Under the pieces are notes generated by a model. It was given only the letters and a program-made list of their open reading frames with translations. It made no database searches and was not told the origin of the DNA. Both the position numbers and the translations under genes were made by a program. From contig JAANOX010000037.1 in assembly GCA_020184695.1 (NCBI GenBank), positions 186,001-250,000 of the forward strand: a DNA stretch of 64,000 nucleotides, written 5' to 3'. Of the stretch, positions 1-10,961 are shown in pieces. The DNA comes from Histomonas meleagridis 2922-C6/04-290x (Eukaryota; Protista; Parabasalia). Each line of letters starts with the position of its first letter. Position 1 is the stretch's first letter.

Positions 1-1
1 A

Positions 2-880
2 CAGTTATCATATGAAAATGAACTATTAACAAAACAAATAAAAATCAAAGAAAGTACTAATGTTGATGCACAATTTGAACAAGCACAAAGAATTGCTCAA
101 AGTGCATTAGCAATTAATTCTCAATCAAGTTTTTCACAATCACAAAGTTCTCAGTTAAATAGTTTTGAAGAAGAATTATATCAAATTAAGTATGAAAGAT
201 TATGTGTGAAATTATATAAATTAGAAAATCAATGTAATGATCTTGAAATTAAAATAAAACGAGTTTCTTCTTCTAGAGCTAATGCTCTTCAAGAATTAAA
301 AAAAGTAAAAGAAACATTAAAGGAAAAAGAAAAAGAGAATCGCGAACTTTATAGGAAAATTACTGAAATTCAAAATGAATTAAATGAAAAAACTGAAGAA
401 AATACTGAACTATCTTTCAAGTTACATAAATTAATAATGAAAAAATCAACTAATAAAGAATATGAAGAAGAATTTAATGAAATGGAAAAGAAGATTAAAG
501 AAAAAGAAAATATAATTCTAAGAAAAGATGAAATTATTAAAACGCTAAAAGAGAATTCTAATAAATTAGAACAATATATTAAAAATATTCAAAGAAAGTT
601 GGTAAATGCAAATTGTGAAATAAAATCATTACAAATTAAAAAAGATAAAAATAAATTAAAAGAAAATAATAAAATTAAATCACTTGAAGAAGAAAATGAA
701 AAATTACTAAGTAGCCTTCAATCACTTCAAAAAACTGAAATTCAAATCCTCAATGAATCCAATAAATACAAAGACGAAATCAAAAATCTTAATAAGCAAA
801 TTATTGAGCTAAAAGACAGGGAAGAAAAACTTCAAAGCAGTATTAAAGAAAAAAGCTTTGAAATTGATAAAAATAAATAA
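2..880 (+). CDS. Coiled-coil protein, 5'-truncated by the window edge
   Basis: The frame is open from nt 2 (the track's start at 206 is an internal GTG). E/K/N-rich heptad-like sequence. Confidence 0.7.
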   Translation, partial: QLSYENELLTKQIKIKESTNVDAQFEQAQRIAQSALAINSQSSFSQSQSSQLNSFEEELYQIKYERLCVKLYKLENQCNDLEIKIKRVSSSRANALQELKKVKETLKEKEKENRELYRKITEIQNELNEKTEENTELSFKLHKLIMKKSTNKEYEEEFNEMEKKIKEKENIILRKDEIIKTLKENSNKLEQYIKNIQRKLVNANCEIKSLQIKKDKNKLKENNKIKSLEEENEKLLSSLQSLQKTEIQILNESNKYKDEIKNLNKQIIELKDREEKLQSSIKEKSFEIDKNK

Positions 881-1090
881 GAAATCGATTATAAAATTGA
901 ATGATATTAAAATCAAATCGAGAAAATATTATAAAACTTTAACTAGTGTGTTATCAACCAATTTGTGTTTAGAGGTCAATGCATTTAGCTATCAAATGAT
1001 GTTCGAAAATGTTAATTAAAGTAACTCACATATACAAAAAAATTTACCGAACATCCATTTGCCAATCAACAATAAAATGTATTTGAATCT

Positions 1091-2059
1091 TTATTGAGTT
1101 TTATTGAGTTTTCTTTGCTCAACAATTTCCCTGAAATATGGAATTGTCCTCTCTATTCCCTCGTCGAGAAGTATCTTTGGTTCCCAGTTGAGGTATTTCT
1201 TGGCCTTTTCGATGCATGGCTTACGTTGCTTTGGATCATCGACTGCCGCTTCTTGAAACACAATTTTGCCGTTGGGGTTGATTTTCTTGAGAATTATTTC
1301 GGCTAATTCGAGAATTGTAAATTCGCCGGGATTACCAATATTTATTGGACCTGTGTAATCGGTGTCAATCATTGCGAGGACAGCACGGACAGTGTCATCG
1401 ACGTATCCAAAACTTCTGGTTTGCTTGCCATCGCCATAAATTGTCAAATCTTTTCCTTCAAGTGCTTGCATAATGAGGTTTGAGACAACACGGCCATCTT
1501 CTGGATCCATGTTGGGGCCATAGGTATTGAATAATCGGCAGGTTCTGACTTTGGTGCCGTATTGACGAATGTATTCATAACAAAGTGTCTCGGCAGCGCG
1601 CTTGCCTTCATCGTAACAGGAACGTGGACCTCTGCAGTTGACGTTACCCCAGTATTCTTCGGGTTGTGGATGATGTTTTTCATCTGGATCACCATAAACT
1701 TCACTTGTGGATGTATAAACCATACGTGCATCATACTTACGTGCAAGCTCAAGCATATTCTTTGTTCCTTCAATAGATGTAAGCAAAGTGTGAATAGGAT
1801 CATGCATGTAATGTGGAGGTGATGCTGGACATGCAAGATGGAAAATTCTATCAACTTCAATGTCAATAGGATCAATTACGTCGGCAATAATTAATTTGAA
1901 ATTTGGATGATCAATCCATTTTTCAATATTCTTTTTTGTTCCTGTGAACATGTTGTCAAGAACAGTAACTTTATGTCCTTGTTCCATTAGGTTGTTAACT
2001 ATGTGGCTTCCAATAAAACCTGCTCCTCCTGTAACGAGACAACGAAGTTGGCTACTCAT
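1091..2059 (-). CDS. UXS1: UDP-glucuronate decarboxylase (UDP-xylose synthase)
   Basis: GGAGFIG, HLACPASP, TSTSEVYG, YDEGKR and FNTYGP motifs. Likely ATG at 2059 (track start 2113 is TTG). Confidence 0.95.
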   Translation of the reverse strand: MSSQLRCLVTGGAGFIGSHIVNNLMEQGHKVTVLDNMFTGTKKNIEKWIDHPNFKLIIADVIDPIDIEVDRIFHLACPASPPHYMHDPIHTLLTSIEGTKNMLELARKYDARMVYTSTSEVYGDPDEKHHPQPEEYWGNVNCRGPRSCYDEGKRAAETLCYEYIRQYGTKVRTCRLFNTYGPNMDPEDGRVVSNLIMQALEGKDLTIYGDGKQTRSFGYVDDTVRAVLAMIDTDYTGPINIGNPGEFTILELAEIILKKINPNGKIVFQEAAVDDPKQRKPCIEKAKKYLNWEPKILLDEGIERTIPYFREIVEQRKLNKTQ

Positions 2060-2806
2060 AAAAGTACCCCAAACACAAACTATAAGCCTTTTGAGTAGAA
2101 TTTGATCATCCAACTTGCAATTTTTGTATTAAATTTAAAGTAAAGTTATTAATTATTTCAAAACTTTTGGCTATGGTTTTTCTGTGAAAGGACACCTCTA
2201 TCACTCCCAAAAGGAATCACATTGATATTAGGAATATTTGTTAATAACAAATTGTTAAACACTAATAAGTTTTTGGATAAGATAGGTATTAAAAGCAAAC
2301 CATTTTGATAAATTAATCAACCAAAAAGAGATAAATTTGGAGAAAGAGTAAATAAAAAATCCATATATAAACAAAAAAAAATTGAGTTTTATGATATGAA
2401 TTTTCAGTATATGTCTTCCAAACTAGTTTCACATGTGATTAAATAATGTAAAATTGGTTGGACTAGGTTCCTGGAACAAGCTGATTCATTTTAAGCATTT
2501 AACTTCTTTGAAGAGTTTATCAAACTGAGGAAATAAACATATCCTGGTGAATTTTTTGATTTTTATTAGATCCTTATCAACACATGAATAAAAATCTGCT
2601 TTCAAATTGGGAAAAAAATATCCGGATCAAAATCGAAATTTCGAAATCGATTTTTTCCAAATATATATTTTTTATGACCAATCTTGATTATTTTTGATGT
2701 AAATTATATTTTATAAATGGTAATTCATAAAATTAAAAGCATAATTTTTTTTCATTCAATTTTTTGCATTTTTTTCTCACTTTTTTTTAAAATCTTAGTA
2801 AAAAAT

Positions 2807-2829
2807 TATATGAAATGGCGGTGGTCTTT
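2807..2829. repeat. Left arm of a 23-bp inverted repeat flanking the transposase
   Basis: Reverse complement aaagaccaccgccatttcatata matches 5288-5310 aaagaccaccaccacttcatata at 21/23. Confidence 0.6.
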
Positions 2830-3339
2830 TTTTACTAGCTATAATATTAATACATAATGAATATTAAATTATATATATATATTTCGATAATTTTAATTAT
2901 TTATTAGAATATTTATATTTTGAATATCAAAAAGTGCTCGAAAATCGGTTTTTTCAAATTTTTTTCTTATGTGATGATTTTAAATAGAAATTTTTTTGAT
3001 TGAAGATGTTTTATTTTGTTTCACGAATGTATTGCTTGAAGGAAATTAGATTTCAATTTTTCGAATTAATAATTTAGAAATGATGTCAAAAGTAAATAAA
3101 TCATGAATTTTAAATGTGTAAAATAATCTATGATCAATTTGCTTTCTTTCCACATATATGGTTTTTTATAATATACATTTTTGATGAAAAAAAAATAATT
3201 TTTTGATTTTTTCTCATTTTTTTAATGATAAAAAATAATCGTGCAATAGTTTTTTAATGGGACCCGATTAACTATGAAGTTTAGGATTTATTTATAATCA
3301 GACCTATCTAAGGTTTTGGACTGCTGAATTTTTTTTTAT

Positions 3340-4974
3340 GTGCAATTCTTTTTGGGGTGTTTCCCATTGACGCAATAGCATTTTCGCCCGGTGTGACTAT
3401 AACAAGAGATAATGAAATTATTGGTTTATAAAAAGAAGTTTTACAGAATATTGAAAATCCTTATCAATTTTTCTGCGAAAATGCACAACAATGGATAAAT
3501 TCTATAATGATAAATTGGAATCAAATAGAAAATTATGCCTTTGTTTATTACATTCAACCTATAAATCCAGATTATTCGTGCTCGATAATTCATTTTTCTT
3601 ATTCACCCCAGGGGAAAGCAACAAATATTCAATGTGAAACACTCGAAACATTACGTAATTGAAATAAGAATCATAAAATATATGTTCTTGGATTTGCCTT
3701 TGATGGTGATAATTGCTATGATTCTTATCATAATCCGTTCTTTGGTCAATATGAATGTGTTGCTGAACATTACACAGCTTCAATCGTTGAAATTGCAAAA
3801 AGAGTTTTCTTTCGATATATTAGTGATCCCCTTCATATACTCAAACGTGCAAGATATCGTTTACTTACAGACGTACCATTAACTATTGGATTTAATCGAA
3901 ATTCACCAATCATTGACATTTTCAAAATACGGGAAGATTTAAATTTATTACCGATTTTAATTGATAACTCTAAAATCACAAAAATGCACGATATTCTTCC
4001 CATTTCTCTATTTTCTATTAACAATATTTTAATGCTATATGAGAAACATAATTTTTCAGCATTATTATATTTCTTACCATAATCTTTGTTTATAGAAGCA
4101 ATGTCTAATGACAATATAAATTCAAGCGAAAGAATTTCGCTATTTGATATCATTTTTTTTTTAATATTTATATAAATTTATGAATGAAACAAAATTAGAC
4201 ACAGGAATTAAACAAAGAAAAATGAAAAATATCGTTGCTTTAACAACACTTTTTGATGAGAAATTATGTATTCATTGTTGTAATACAATTCATTCATTTG
4301 TTACATTACTTTTAAATAATATGAATGCCAAAAAAAGCTTAAATAGATTTACGTCAAATCCTCTTGAACATCAATTTGGATGTTTAAGAATAAAAATGGG
4401 TATGTTCGAAACCCTAAAATCAGCATTAAAAAGAATATCAACTGATCAAATAATAGCTAGCATAACAGACCAAGAATTACAATATTTAAAGGTTTATAAA
4501 AGAACATCATCATTTGGAATAACAATTTCAAACAATGAATACGATAAATCATTATTTCCATATGATGGAAGGACAATTGCTTATTCACTATTAATTGAAG
4601 CAAGATTCATAGTAGAAAAACCTATTGTTTATGTAGAAAATTTTGATTTCATTATGGGTAATCGTTCTAAAATCGTGGAAGAATTTTTTCAGATATTATT
4701 TGATACATTTTATTTTAGTACAAAAAGAATAATGAATTCCTTGAGTATTAATGCAGTTACCTTGTCTGTTCAGACAGGTTCAAATGGTAGAAATCTTACA
4801 CAATCCAAAGTATCAATGGATAAGATATGCTTTATCGAAGGTTCTCGAAGATTAAAGATAAGAAGGAAATATTTCTCAATTAATGAAGAAATAATAATCG
4901 ATTCAAAGAAATTATTTGGAAATAAGTTATTATGTAGTACTCTGAAGGATATCATCGTAAATTGTTCTGAATAA
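3340..4974 (+). pseudogene. Decayed P-element/THAP9-like DDE transposase
   Basis: Across frames it reads FPIDAIA..., GFAFDGDNC, ISDPLHILKRARYRLL (D-x-x-H-x-x-K-x-x-R motif) and FTSNPLEHQFGCLR (cf. P-superfamily QDxLExFFGxxR). Internal stops near 3660 and 4080; frameshift before ORF 4180. Confidence 0.7.
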
Positions 4975-5249
4975 AATCAAATTCCATTTTCCACTAATGA
5001 TACAATAACAAAGCAAAATATGCTCGAATGGATCCAGAAATATTATAGCAACATTAAAGAAACAATAGCAGTGATATCAGTTAACTTAAGAGATCTAAAT
5101 AATTAAGTAGACACCCAAAAATTCGAATAAAAAAATAAAAAAATAAATAAATAAAAAATCACTTCACATTATTTTTTTCACTTCACCAAAATTTCAATCA
5201 TTCATAAAAATTCATGCCAAAAATATTTTTATTTAACAATCACATTTTT

Positions 5250-5610
5250 ATAAATAATAAATCATATATTTTCATTCATAAATAAATAAAGACCACCACC
5301 ACTTCATATAAAAAGTTGCACTCGATTTATTATCGACTAAGTTGATTTTTTTATATATTTTCACTTTTTCTCAAAATTTTAAATGAAAATGATAAAGGAT
5401 AATAGTTTAGAAAATAAACACATCTAATATGCAACATTACTATATAGGAAATAACCCAAAATTCCAGAAAAAGTATGGTCGAAATCAGATCGAATTTCGA
5501 AAGATTGTACAGTTGAAATTTCGAAAAGAGGGTATTTTTGTAATCTCCTCCCAATGCTATCCTTAACATAAAATTATCGTTGAAAAAATATTGCAGGGTT
5601 TTGAGTTTTA
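5250..5610 (+). repeat. Dispersed ~350-bp repeat, copy 1 (putative transposon end)
   Basis: Colinear similarity to 18125-18485 (shared blocks gataatagtttagaaaataaaca, attactatataggaaata, aacataaaattatcgttgaaaaaatattgcagg). Contains the right inverted-repeat arm. Confidence 0.8.
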
Positions 5611-5752
5611 GTACCTCTTTCTTTGAGTTTTATGTAATTATCGACAAATTTAAATTTTTTAGAAAAATATTTGCAAAAACACAACAACATGATAAAAACA
5701 TGTTTAGAAAAATCGTCTGAATATAATGAACAAGAGCAATAAAATCCTCCAA

Positions 5753-5815
5753 GTTTTGTAATCAGGTTTGATATTTTTTTTAGCAATTTGAATACTTTAT
5801 TTAACTAACGTTTAG
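5753..5815 (+). other. Candidate canonical spliceosomal intron (63 nt) at the 5' end of the ARM gene
   Basis: GT at 5753 and ACTAAC-GTT-TAG at 5804-5815 (spacing as in the trichomonad ACTAACACACAG motif). Removal fuses ATG 5726 (MNKSNKILQ) in frame to FKVSM of ORF 5828. Confidence 0.5.
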
Positions 5816-5827
5816 TTTAAAGTATCA

Positions 5828-7714
5828 ATGATAAAAAGAAACAATATAAAGCATGTAATAACGGTGAAGGAAAAACCAAAGATTGTACCACGAATCCTCC
5901 CACCAATGGAGCGACCAGTTACTCCTGCAAGTGATGGGAGATCCCTTTCTTCAGCTTATTCGAAAAAAAGACAAAATGTTGCATTACCAATGCTTTCGCA
6001 GGAAACAAAAACTAATGCTTCTCCTTTTAATGAAGTCACTGAAATTTTATCAAATTCTTCCACAAGCGATAATACTTTTGCAATTCAACGATTTGAACAA
6101 ATAACTAAAGAACTTCAGCAAATAACTGTTGATGATCTTAATTCATATAATGAACTTTATCCATTACTTTCAAAATTAACTGAAACGACACCAGGGAAAA
6201 CCTTAACTATTCTTATTTCTGCTCTTAGAAATATGATACATTTATTAGAAAAATCCAGTGTCCTCAAACCAAAGTCTCCTACTTCACAATCTCCTCGTTC
6301 TAAGCGTTTAATCAAACTTCAACCATTAAATGAAGAATCTTCACCAACTCCAACACCACCATCACAACCAAAACTCAAAGCAATTGAGCACTTCAATCAA
6401 TTCATCTCCAAGATATATTACAAAATGTCAAGTGATAAATCTAACGATATACTTTTTAATGATGACCAAGTCATTGAGAGCCTTATATCTCTAACATCTA
6501 TCGAGCACAAAATTGAAACCAGAACATACTCAATTGCTGCTCTTAAGAACGAATGCCATTCTGAGCAATTCATCAAAAAACTCGTATCGTTTAACGGTTT
6601 CCAGTCAATTTTTGAAAACTTCAAAAGTGAAGTCAAAAAGCCTCAGCTTCTTAACCAACTCACTGGTCTTTGTCGAAATATCATTTTAGACCCGAGCAAT
6701 GTTTCACTTTTAGTTTCATATGGTATTCATGTTCATTTGGTAAATTCATTAATCAAATTTCCAGAAATACAAGAACTTGTTTTTAATTGTTTTAGGACAC
6801 TTACCAAACTTAGCGGTATCTCTGAAGTACGCTCATCTCTTCTTGAAACATTTACTTCTCAAAAACTTGTAATTCTTTTCACCGAACTTCTTATTACTCA
6901 TTCTTCACATGTTCCAATAGTCAGTCGGATTTCATATGTCTACGCCGACTTTGCAGCACATGAGCCAGAGTTTTGCGAAGTGGCAGGAGATATTACTTCT
7001 CCAGTTGACATTGGACAAATTTCAGATCTTTTAGACAACAATGACATTATAAGCAACAAAGAAGCTACAGCGCTTTTATTACAAGTGATTGCCAATTTAT
7101 CTGTGAATTCCAAATGCAGTTCCATCTTATCGTTATCAGAAGCGATTCCAAATCTTCTGCCCAAATGTACTTTTAAAGATGATGATCGTGTTGGACTGAA
7201 TTTATTGTGCATATGTTCCAATTTTACATTTCATGATAATTATTGGTGTCCAAAAGAACTTATTTCAGCGATACCAATAGCACTTGTATCGCGTAACCAT
7301 CTGTGTATTATTGAGTCATTACGTGCTTTATGTAATATTGCATTAAAACCAAATACAATGCTTGTTGAAAGTAAAATTCCTGAGCTGTTATGCATATTAT
7401 TACGTCATGTTGATCATGAAATTGTAATTTATTCGTTGCAAACACTTGCAAATTTAGTTAATCAGGCAGGAATGAGAAGAAGATTAAGAGCTGCAGATGC
7501 AATTAATGCTGTAATGGAGTTGCTTGATGCAGAAGAAGTGATGGAAGATGAAATTGAGGCAATTGCTGCGTTGATTATGAATTTTGGCGCAATTACTTCT
7601 GAAGAGGCCAAAGGATTTTTGAACAAATTGGATGAGTTCGAAATAGATGAAGAATCAAATATGGTTACTGCGTTCAGAAAGTTTTTAAAGCAACAGACTT
7701 TAGTTGATTGTTAA
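5828..7714 (+). CDS. Armadillo-repeat protein (ARMC2-like)
   Basis: 628 aa with a low-complexity N-terminus and helical repeats (LTGLCRNI, VIANLS, ALCNIAL, TLANLV). Confidence 0.75.
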   Translation: MIKRNNIKHVITVKEKPKIVPRILPPMERPVTPASDGRSLSSAYSKKRQNVALPMLSQETKTNASPFNEVTEILSNSSTSDNTFAIQRFEQITKELQQITVDDLNSYNELYPLLSKLTETTPGKTLTILISALRNMIHLLEKSSVLKPKSPTSQSPRSKRLIKLQPLNEESSPTPTPPSQPKLKAIEHFNQFISKIYYKMSSDKSNDILFNDDQVIESLISLTSIEHKIETRTYSIAALKNECHSEQFIKKLVSFNGFQSIFENFKSEVKKPQLLNQLTGLCRNIILDPSNVSLLVSYGIHVHLVNSLIKFPEIQELVFNCFRTLTKLSGISEVRSSLLETFTSQKLVILFTELLITHSSHVPIVSRISYVYADFAAHEPEFCEVAGDITSPVDIGQISDLLDNNDIISNKEATALLLQVIANLSVNSKCSSILSLSEAIPNLLPKCTFKDDDRVGLNLLCICSNFTFHDNYWCPKELISAIPIALVSRNHLCIIESLRALCNIALKPNTMLVESKIPELLCILLRHVDHEIVIYSLQTLANLVNQAGMRRRLRAADAINAVMELLDAEEVMEDEIEAIAALIMNFGAITSEEAKGFLNKLDEFEIDEESNMVTAFRKFLKQQTLVDC

Positions 7715-7837
7715 TAAAATAACATGTTATTCAAATTAACATCTTTACGGAAAAGTGTTGGATTTTTACGTATCGTTTTCTGTCACTTTTTGCGTTCAGG
7801 TGGCATAATTGTAATGGCATAGATCTATAAATTCTCA

Positions 7838-8194
7838 ATGATGTATGAAAATTACACTCATTTTTATGATGAATTATCGCACACAAATCAGTTCGAATTT
7901 TATCCAAGTCCACAAATGGTATATCCAAATACGCAAACATTATATCCAAAATTTCAATTATTATCTCCAATACTACAGGTGTCGGCTCCAGAATCGCAAG
8001 AAGCACCATCAAATTGTGAGGTTAACATTGATTCAAAAAATCTTAAAACAAAACTTAATTCACGTAAAGACTTCAACAAACCTAAAATAAATCCTCCAAC
8101 TACTGGCAAAACACAAAACCAAGTGTATTATGTTAAAAATCTAAAGCTTTCTAAAATGGTTTCGGCTCAAAAAAGGAACTCTAAGTTCCTATGA
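7838..8194 (+). CDS. Hypothetical protein
   Basis: 118-aa ATG ORF with P/Q/S-rich composition; no recognisable domain. Confidence 0.4.
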   Translation: MMYENYTHFYDELSHTNQFEFYPSPQMVYPNTQTLYPKFQLLSPILQVSAPESQEAPSNCEVNIDSKNLKTKLNSRKDFNKPKINPPTTGKTQNQVYYVKNLKLSKMVSAQKRNSKFL

Positions 8195-8346
8195 CTGTAA
8201 TTAAGTAAAAACATCATTTAAATTTTCGTTTTGTAAATTTTTAAAAAATGCTATTAGCATTGATCTTATTATATATTTATCTTAGGTTATCTTATTTGAT
8301 TAAATTTATCATAATTTTAGTAATTATATAATTTTAATTTTCGAGT

Positions 8347-8418
8347 TCCGATATCGTTCATCGGTTAGGATATGTGGTTTTCATCCACGGGAGCGGGGTT
8401 CGACTCCCCGTATCGGAA
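8347..8418 (+). tRNA. tRNA-Glu (TTC)
   Basis: Acceptor stem TCCGATA/TATCGGA, anticodon arm TGTGG-TTTTCAT-CCACG, T-loop GGTTCGACTCC. Confidence 0.95.
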
Positions 8419-8555
8419 TAAATTTTTTAATTTTTATACATTTTTTATCCAAAAATTTCGATACTTAAATTCTAATTCCAAAACATTTATGAAATTGCAT
8501 TTTTCATTTAATTTTTTACTCATATAAATATAAAAATAATTTATACATTTTGTTT

Positions 8556-10961
8556 TCAATCCTTTTCCATATTCTCAAAGAATTGTTGTGCCAAATTATC
8601 ATATTCCCCTTTCATTTCCTGGAACATTTCCATGAGTCCGCTGCTCCTCAACATGCTCCTTGCCTCCTTATGTTTACTCAACGCGACTATTACTTGAATT
8701 GCGTAATTTTTCAAGTTACTTTTACCCTTTGCGCAATTTGCAAATCTTTGCAAACATAACAAATACGCGTTTGAAAATTCGATGTCAGCCAAGAAGCTGC
8801 ATGTCACAAGTGCGCTACTTAACACTGATGAACTTTCTGAGTTTTGGACGTATTCGAAGTATTCCTTAAAGAAACCTGACGACTCCAACTGTGCGAATAA
8901 TCGTGGGTCGACAATTGATCTTTTTAATAGCGAACCGATTGTTACGAATATTTTATTATCATGAATTTGTATAATTTTACGTAATAAACGAGGGAACTCT
9001 TTTGTATGGGATAAAGTTGCGCGAATGTTTGGATATATATATAACAAAACTAATAATTTATATGTGTCAATGATTGTTGGTAACGGGATTAACATCCAAT
9101 CAGAGAAACGAGTTAAGAAGTTCGCATGTTGTGGAGATATACTTATGAAGTTATATAATGCTAATGTACCATGTGATGAATATCGTGCCGCACTATATAT
9201 AGCGCCGAAGATATATTCTTCAGGTGGTATATTATTAAAACAACCTAAAAGATCAATCGCATACCATTGGAATGATTGTAATCCACAATGCATTAAGATT
9301 AATTCATAAGGAATATTCATTTTATTATCATGTAAATTAATTGCGATTTTATACGCGGATTTAACATTAGAATCGATTTTAGAGTTCAAAAATAATATAA
9401 TTAAATCATATATTTCTGTTTTATGTTTAGGTTGGATAATGTTATAATTATCTTTTAATAAATAATAATATGATGATAATAAGGTATCACTTATATCAAT
9501 GTTTATAAGTTCTTTAGTTAATGTTATGATTATATCTAATGCATTTAATGGCTCTTTCATGTTTCGAATGTTATAAATGAAATAAGAACATAATTTAATG
9601 AAATCAGTTAAACTATGTTTCATATTAAACTCAAAAAATGTTTTATATTCAGGTAATATAATCTCAGAATTATTTAACAAAATTAAAACAAAAAATTCAA
9701 ATGTGATTTCTTTGATCTCTGGTTGTAATAAATATTTCATCTTAAAAAAATTAGTAAATGAAATAACAACTATTAAATTTTTGTTCTTTGTAATGCATTG
9801 TAATGTCCATTGAAGAAATGTCTTTAATGAATCAATCGAATATCCTTCAATAAATAACAACGCAATCTCAAAAAAGTTATAAAAATAATCAGGAACAACT
9901 TCACTAGTATACCTCTTTAAGACTTTCCCAAAGTCTTTGCTCGGTTTCGATAAAGCAGCTACGTATGACACTTTTTGGTCCTCGGTGATTTGGTTGGAAA
10001 AATCACTTTTCGTGAAAAATCGCAAGCGTTGAAGGATTTCATCAACGTTTTCATAGATGGGTGGTAATTGTTTTGGCGTTTCACGTAATGTTTTCTCTTT
10101 TTGTTGTAACATTTCGGAATACTCCCGAATGATTTTCATGTTACAATCTCGAAATACATATTTTTCATATGAAATTAAGTCAAAAATTTCTTCAAATGTA
10201 GGTCGCTTTTCTTGATCAGTGCTAATGCACATCTTAATTAATGACCGAAGTTTTTGCGGAGTTCGTTTGGTAAATTCGGATTTAAACTTTTTGCTGATGA
10301 TGGTGTATGTGGGAAATTCAAGTTCAGAGATGATTTTATCATACTTTTCGCACATGCAATAGATTAATACTCCGAATAAATAGATGTCATACTTCTTGGA
10401 ATTGCTAACATTGGTGGATGTAAATGGTTTGGCATGATCTATGGTAAATATAGTGGGTTTGAAATCATTGGAAATATATATGACAGAAGGTGAAAGAGCT
10501 CGAAATAAAAACCCGTTATTGTGGATATGAGACATGGCTTGACATGTGGCTAAAAGAAATCTGGTATAATTTGTGCCCGAAGGAACTTCATCAATGGCAA
10601 CGGTTTTGAGATAAGTATGAAAACTCATTCCTTCTGGTTGTTCTATTATGAAAGAGTATGGCTCTTCAACAGTAAAACCTACTAGTTTGGAAATGAAAGG
10701 AGAATTTGAAGTAATAAATGCACGAACCTCATGACAAAACCTTGAAATTGTAGACTTTCTAACCCTACTTACTTCTTTGACAAAAACTTTTTTCTTGGTT
10801 TTTGCATCTATAGATTTATATATTTGGAAATCTTTTGTTTGAAATTTAATCTTGCGATTTGGAAAATCTGAAATATTACGGATATAATTTGGATTAGATT
10901 CAGCTAGAGCGAAAATTTTTTTTAGGCTATATTCGGTGGCTGTGTCTTGGCTGTAAGACAT
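8556..10961 (-). CDS. TKL-like pseudokinase with C-terminal ARM/HEAT region
   Basis: Kinase fold (VFVKE, HEV, FRALSPSVI, DIYLFG, RPTFEEI) lacking the catalytic Asp and DFG, followed by ~500 aa of helical sequence. Confidence 0.75.
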   Translation of the reverse strand: MSYSQDTATEYSLKKIFALAESNPNYIRNISDFPNRKIKFQTKDFQIYKSIDAKTKKKVFVKEVSRVRKSTISRFCHEVRAFITSNSPFISKLVGFTVEEPYSFIIEQPEGMSFHTYLKTVAIDEVPSGTNYTRFLLATCQAMSHIHNNGFLFRALSPSVIYISNDFKPTIFTIDHAKPFTSTNVSNSKKYDIYLFGVLIYCMCEKYDKIISELEFPTYTIISKKFKSEFTKRTPQKLRSLIKMCISTDQEKRPTFEEIFDLISYEKYVFRDCNMKIIREYSEMLQQKEKTLRETPKQLPPIYENVDEILQRLRFFTKSDFSNQITEDQKVSYVAALSKPSKDFGKVLKRYTSEVVPDYFYNFFEIALLFIEGYSIDSLKTFLQWTLQCITKNKNLIVVISFTNFFKMKYLLQPEIKEITFEFFVLILLNNSEIILPEYKTFFEFNMKHSLTDFIKLCSYFIYNIRNMKEPLNALDIIITLTKELINIDISDTLLSSYYYLLKDNYNIIQPKHKTEIYDLIILFLNSKIDSNVKSAYKIAINLHDNKMNIPYELILMHCGLQSFQWYAIDLLGCFNNIPPEEYIFGAIYSAARYSSHGTLALYNFISISPQHANFLTRFSDWMLIPLPTIIDTYKLLVLLYIYPNIRATLSHTKEFPRLLRKIIQIHDNKIFVTIGSLLKRSIVDPRLFAQLESSGFFKEYFEYVQNSESSSVLSSALVTCSFLADIEFSNAYLLCLQRFANCAKGKSNLKNYAIQVIVALSKHKEARSMLRSSGLMEMFQEMKGEYDNLAQQFFENMEKD

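Noticed and set aside
870-910. Alternative genetic code (stop read-through) as the explanation for broken ORFs
   Set aside because: Conserved genes such as H4, Vps4 and beta-amylase end at TAA at their expected C-termini, and recoding would not fix the frameshifts.
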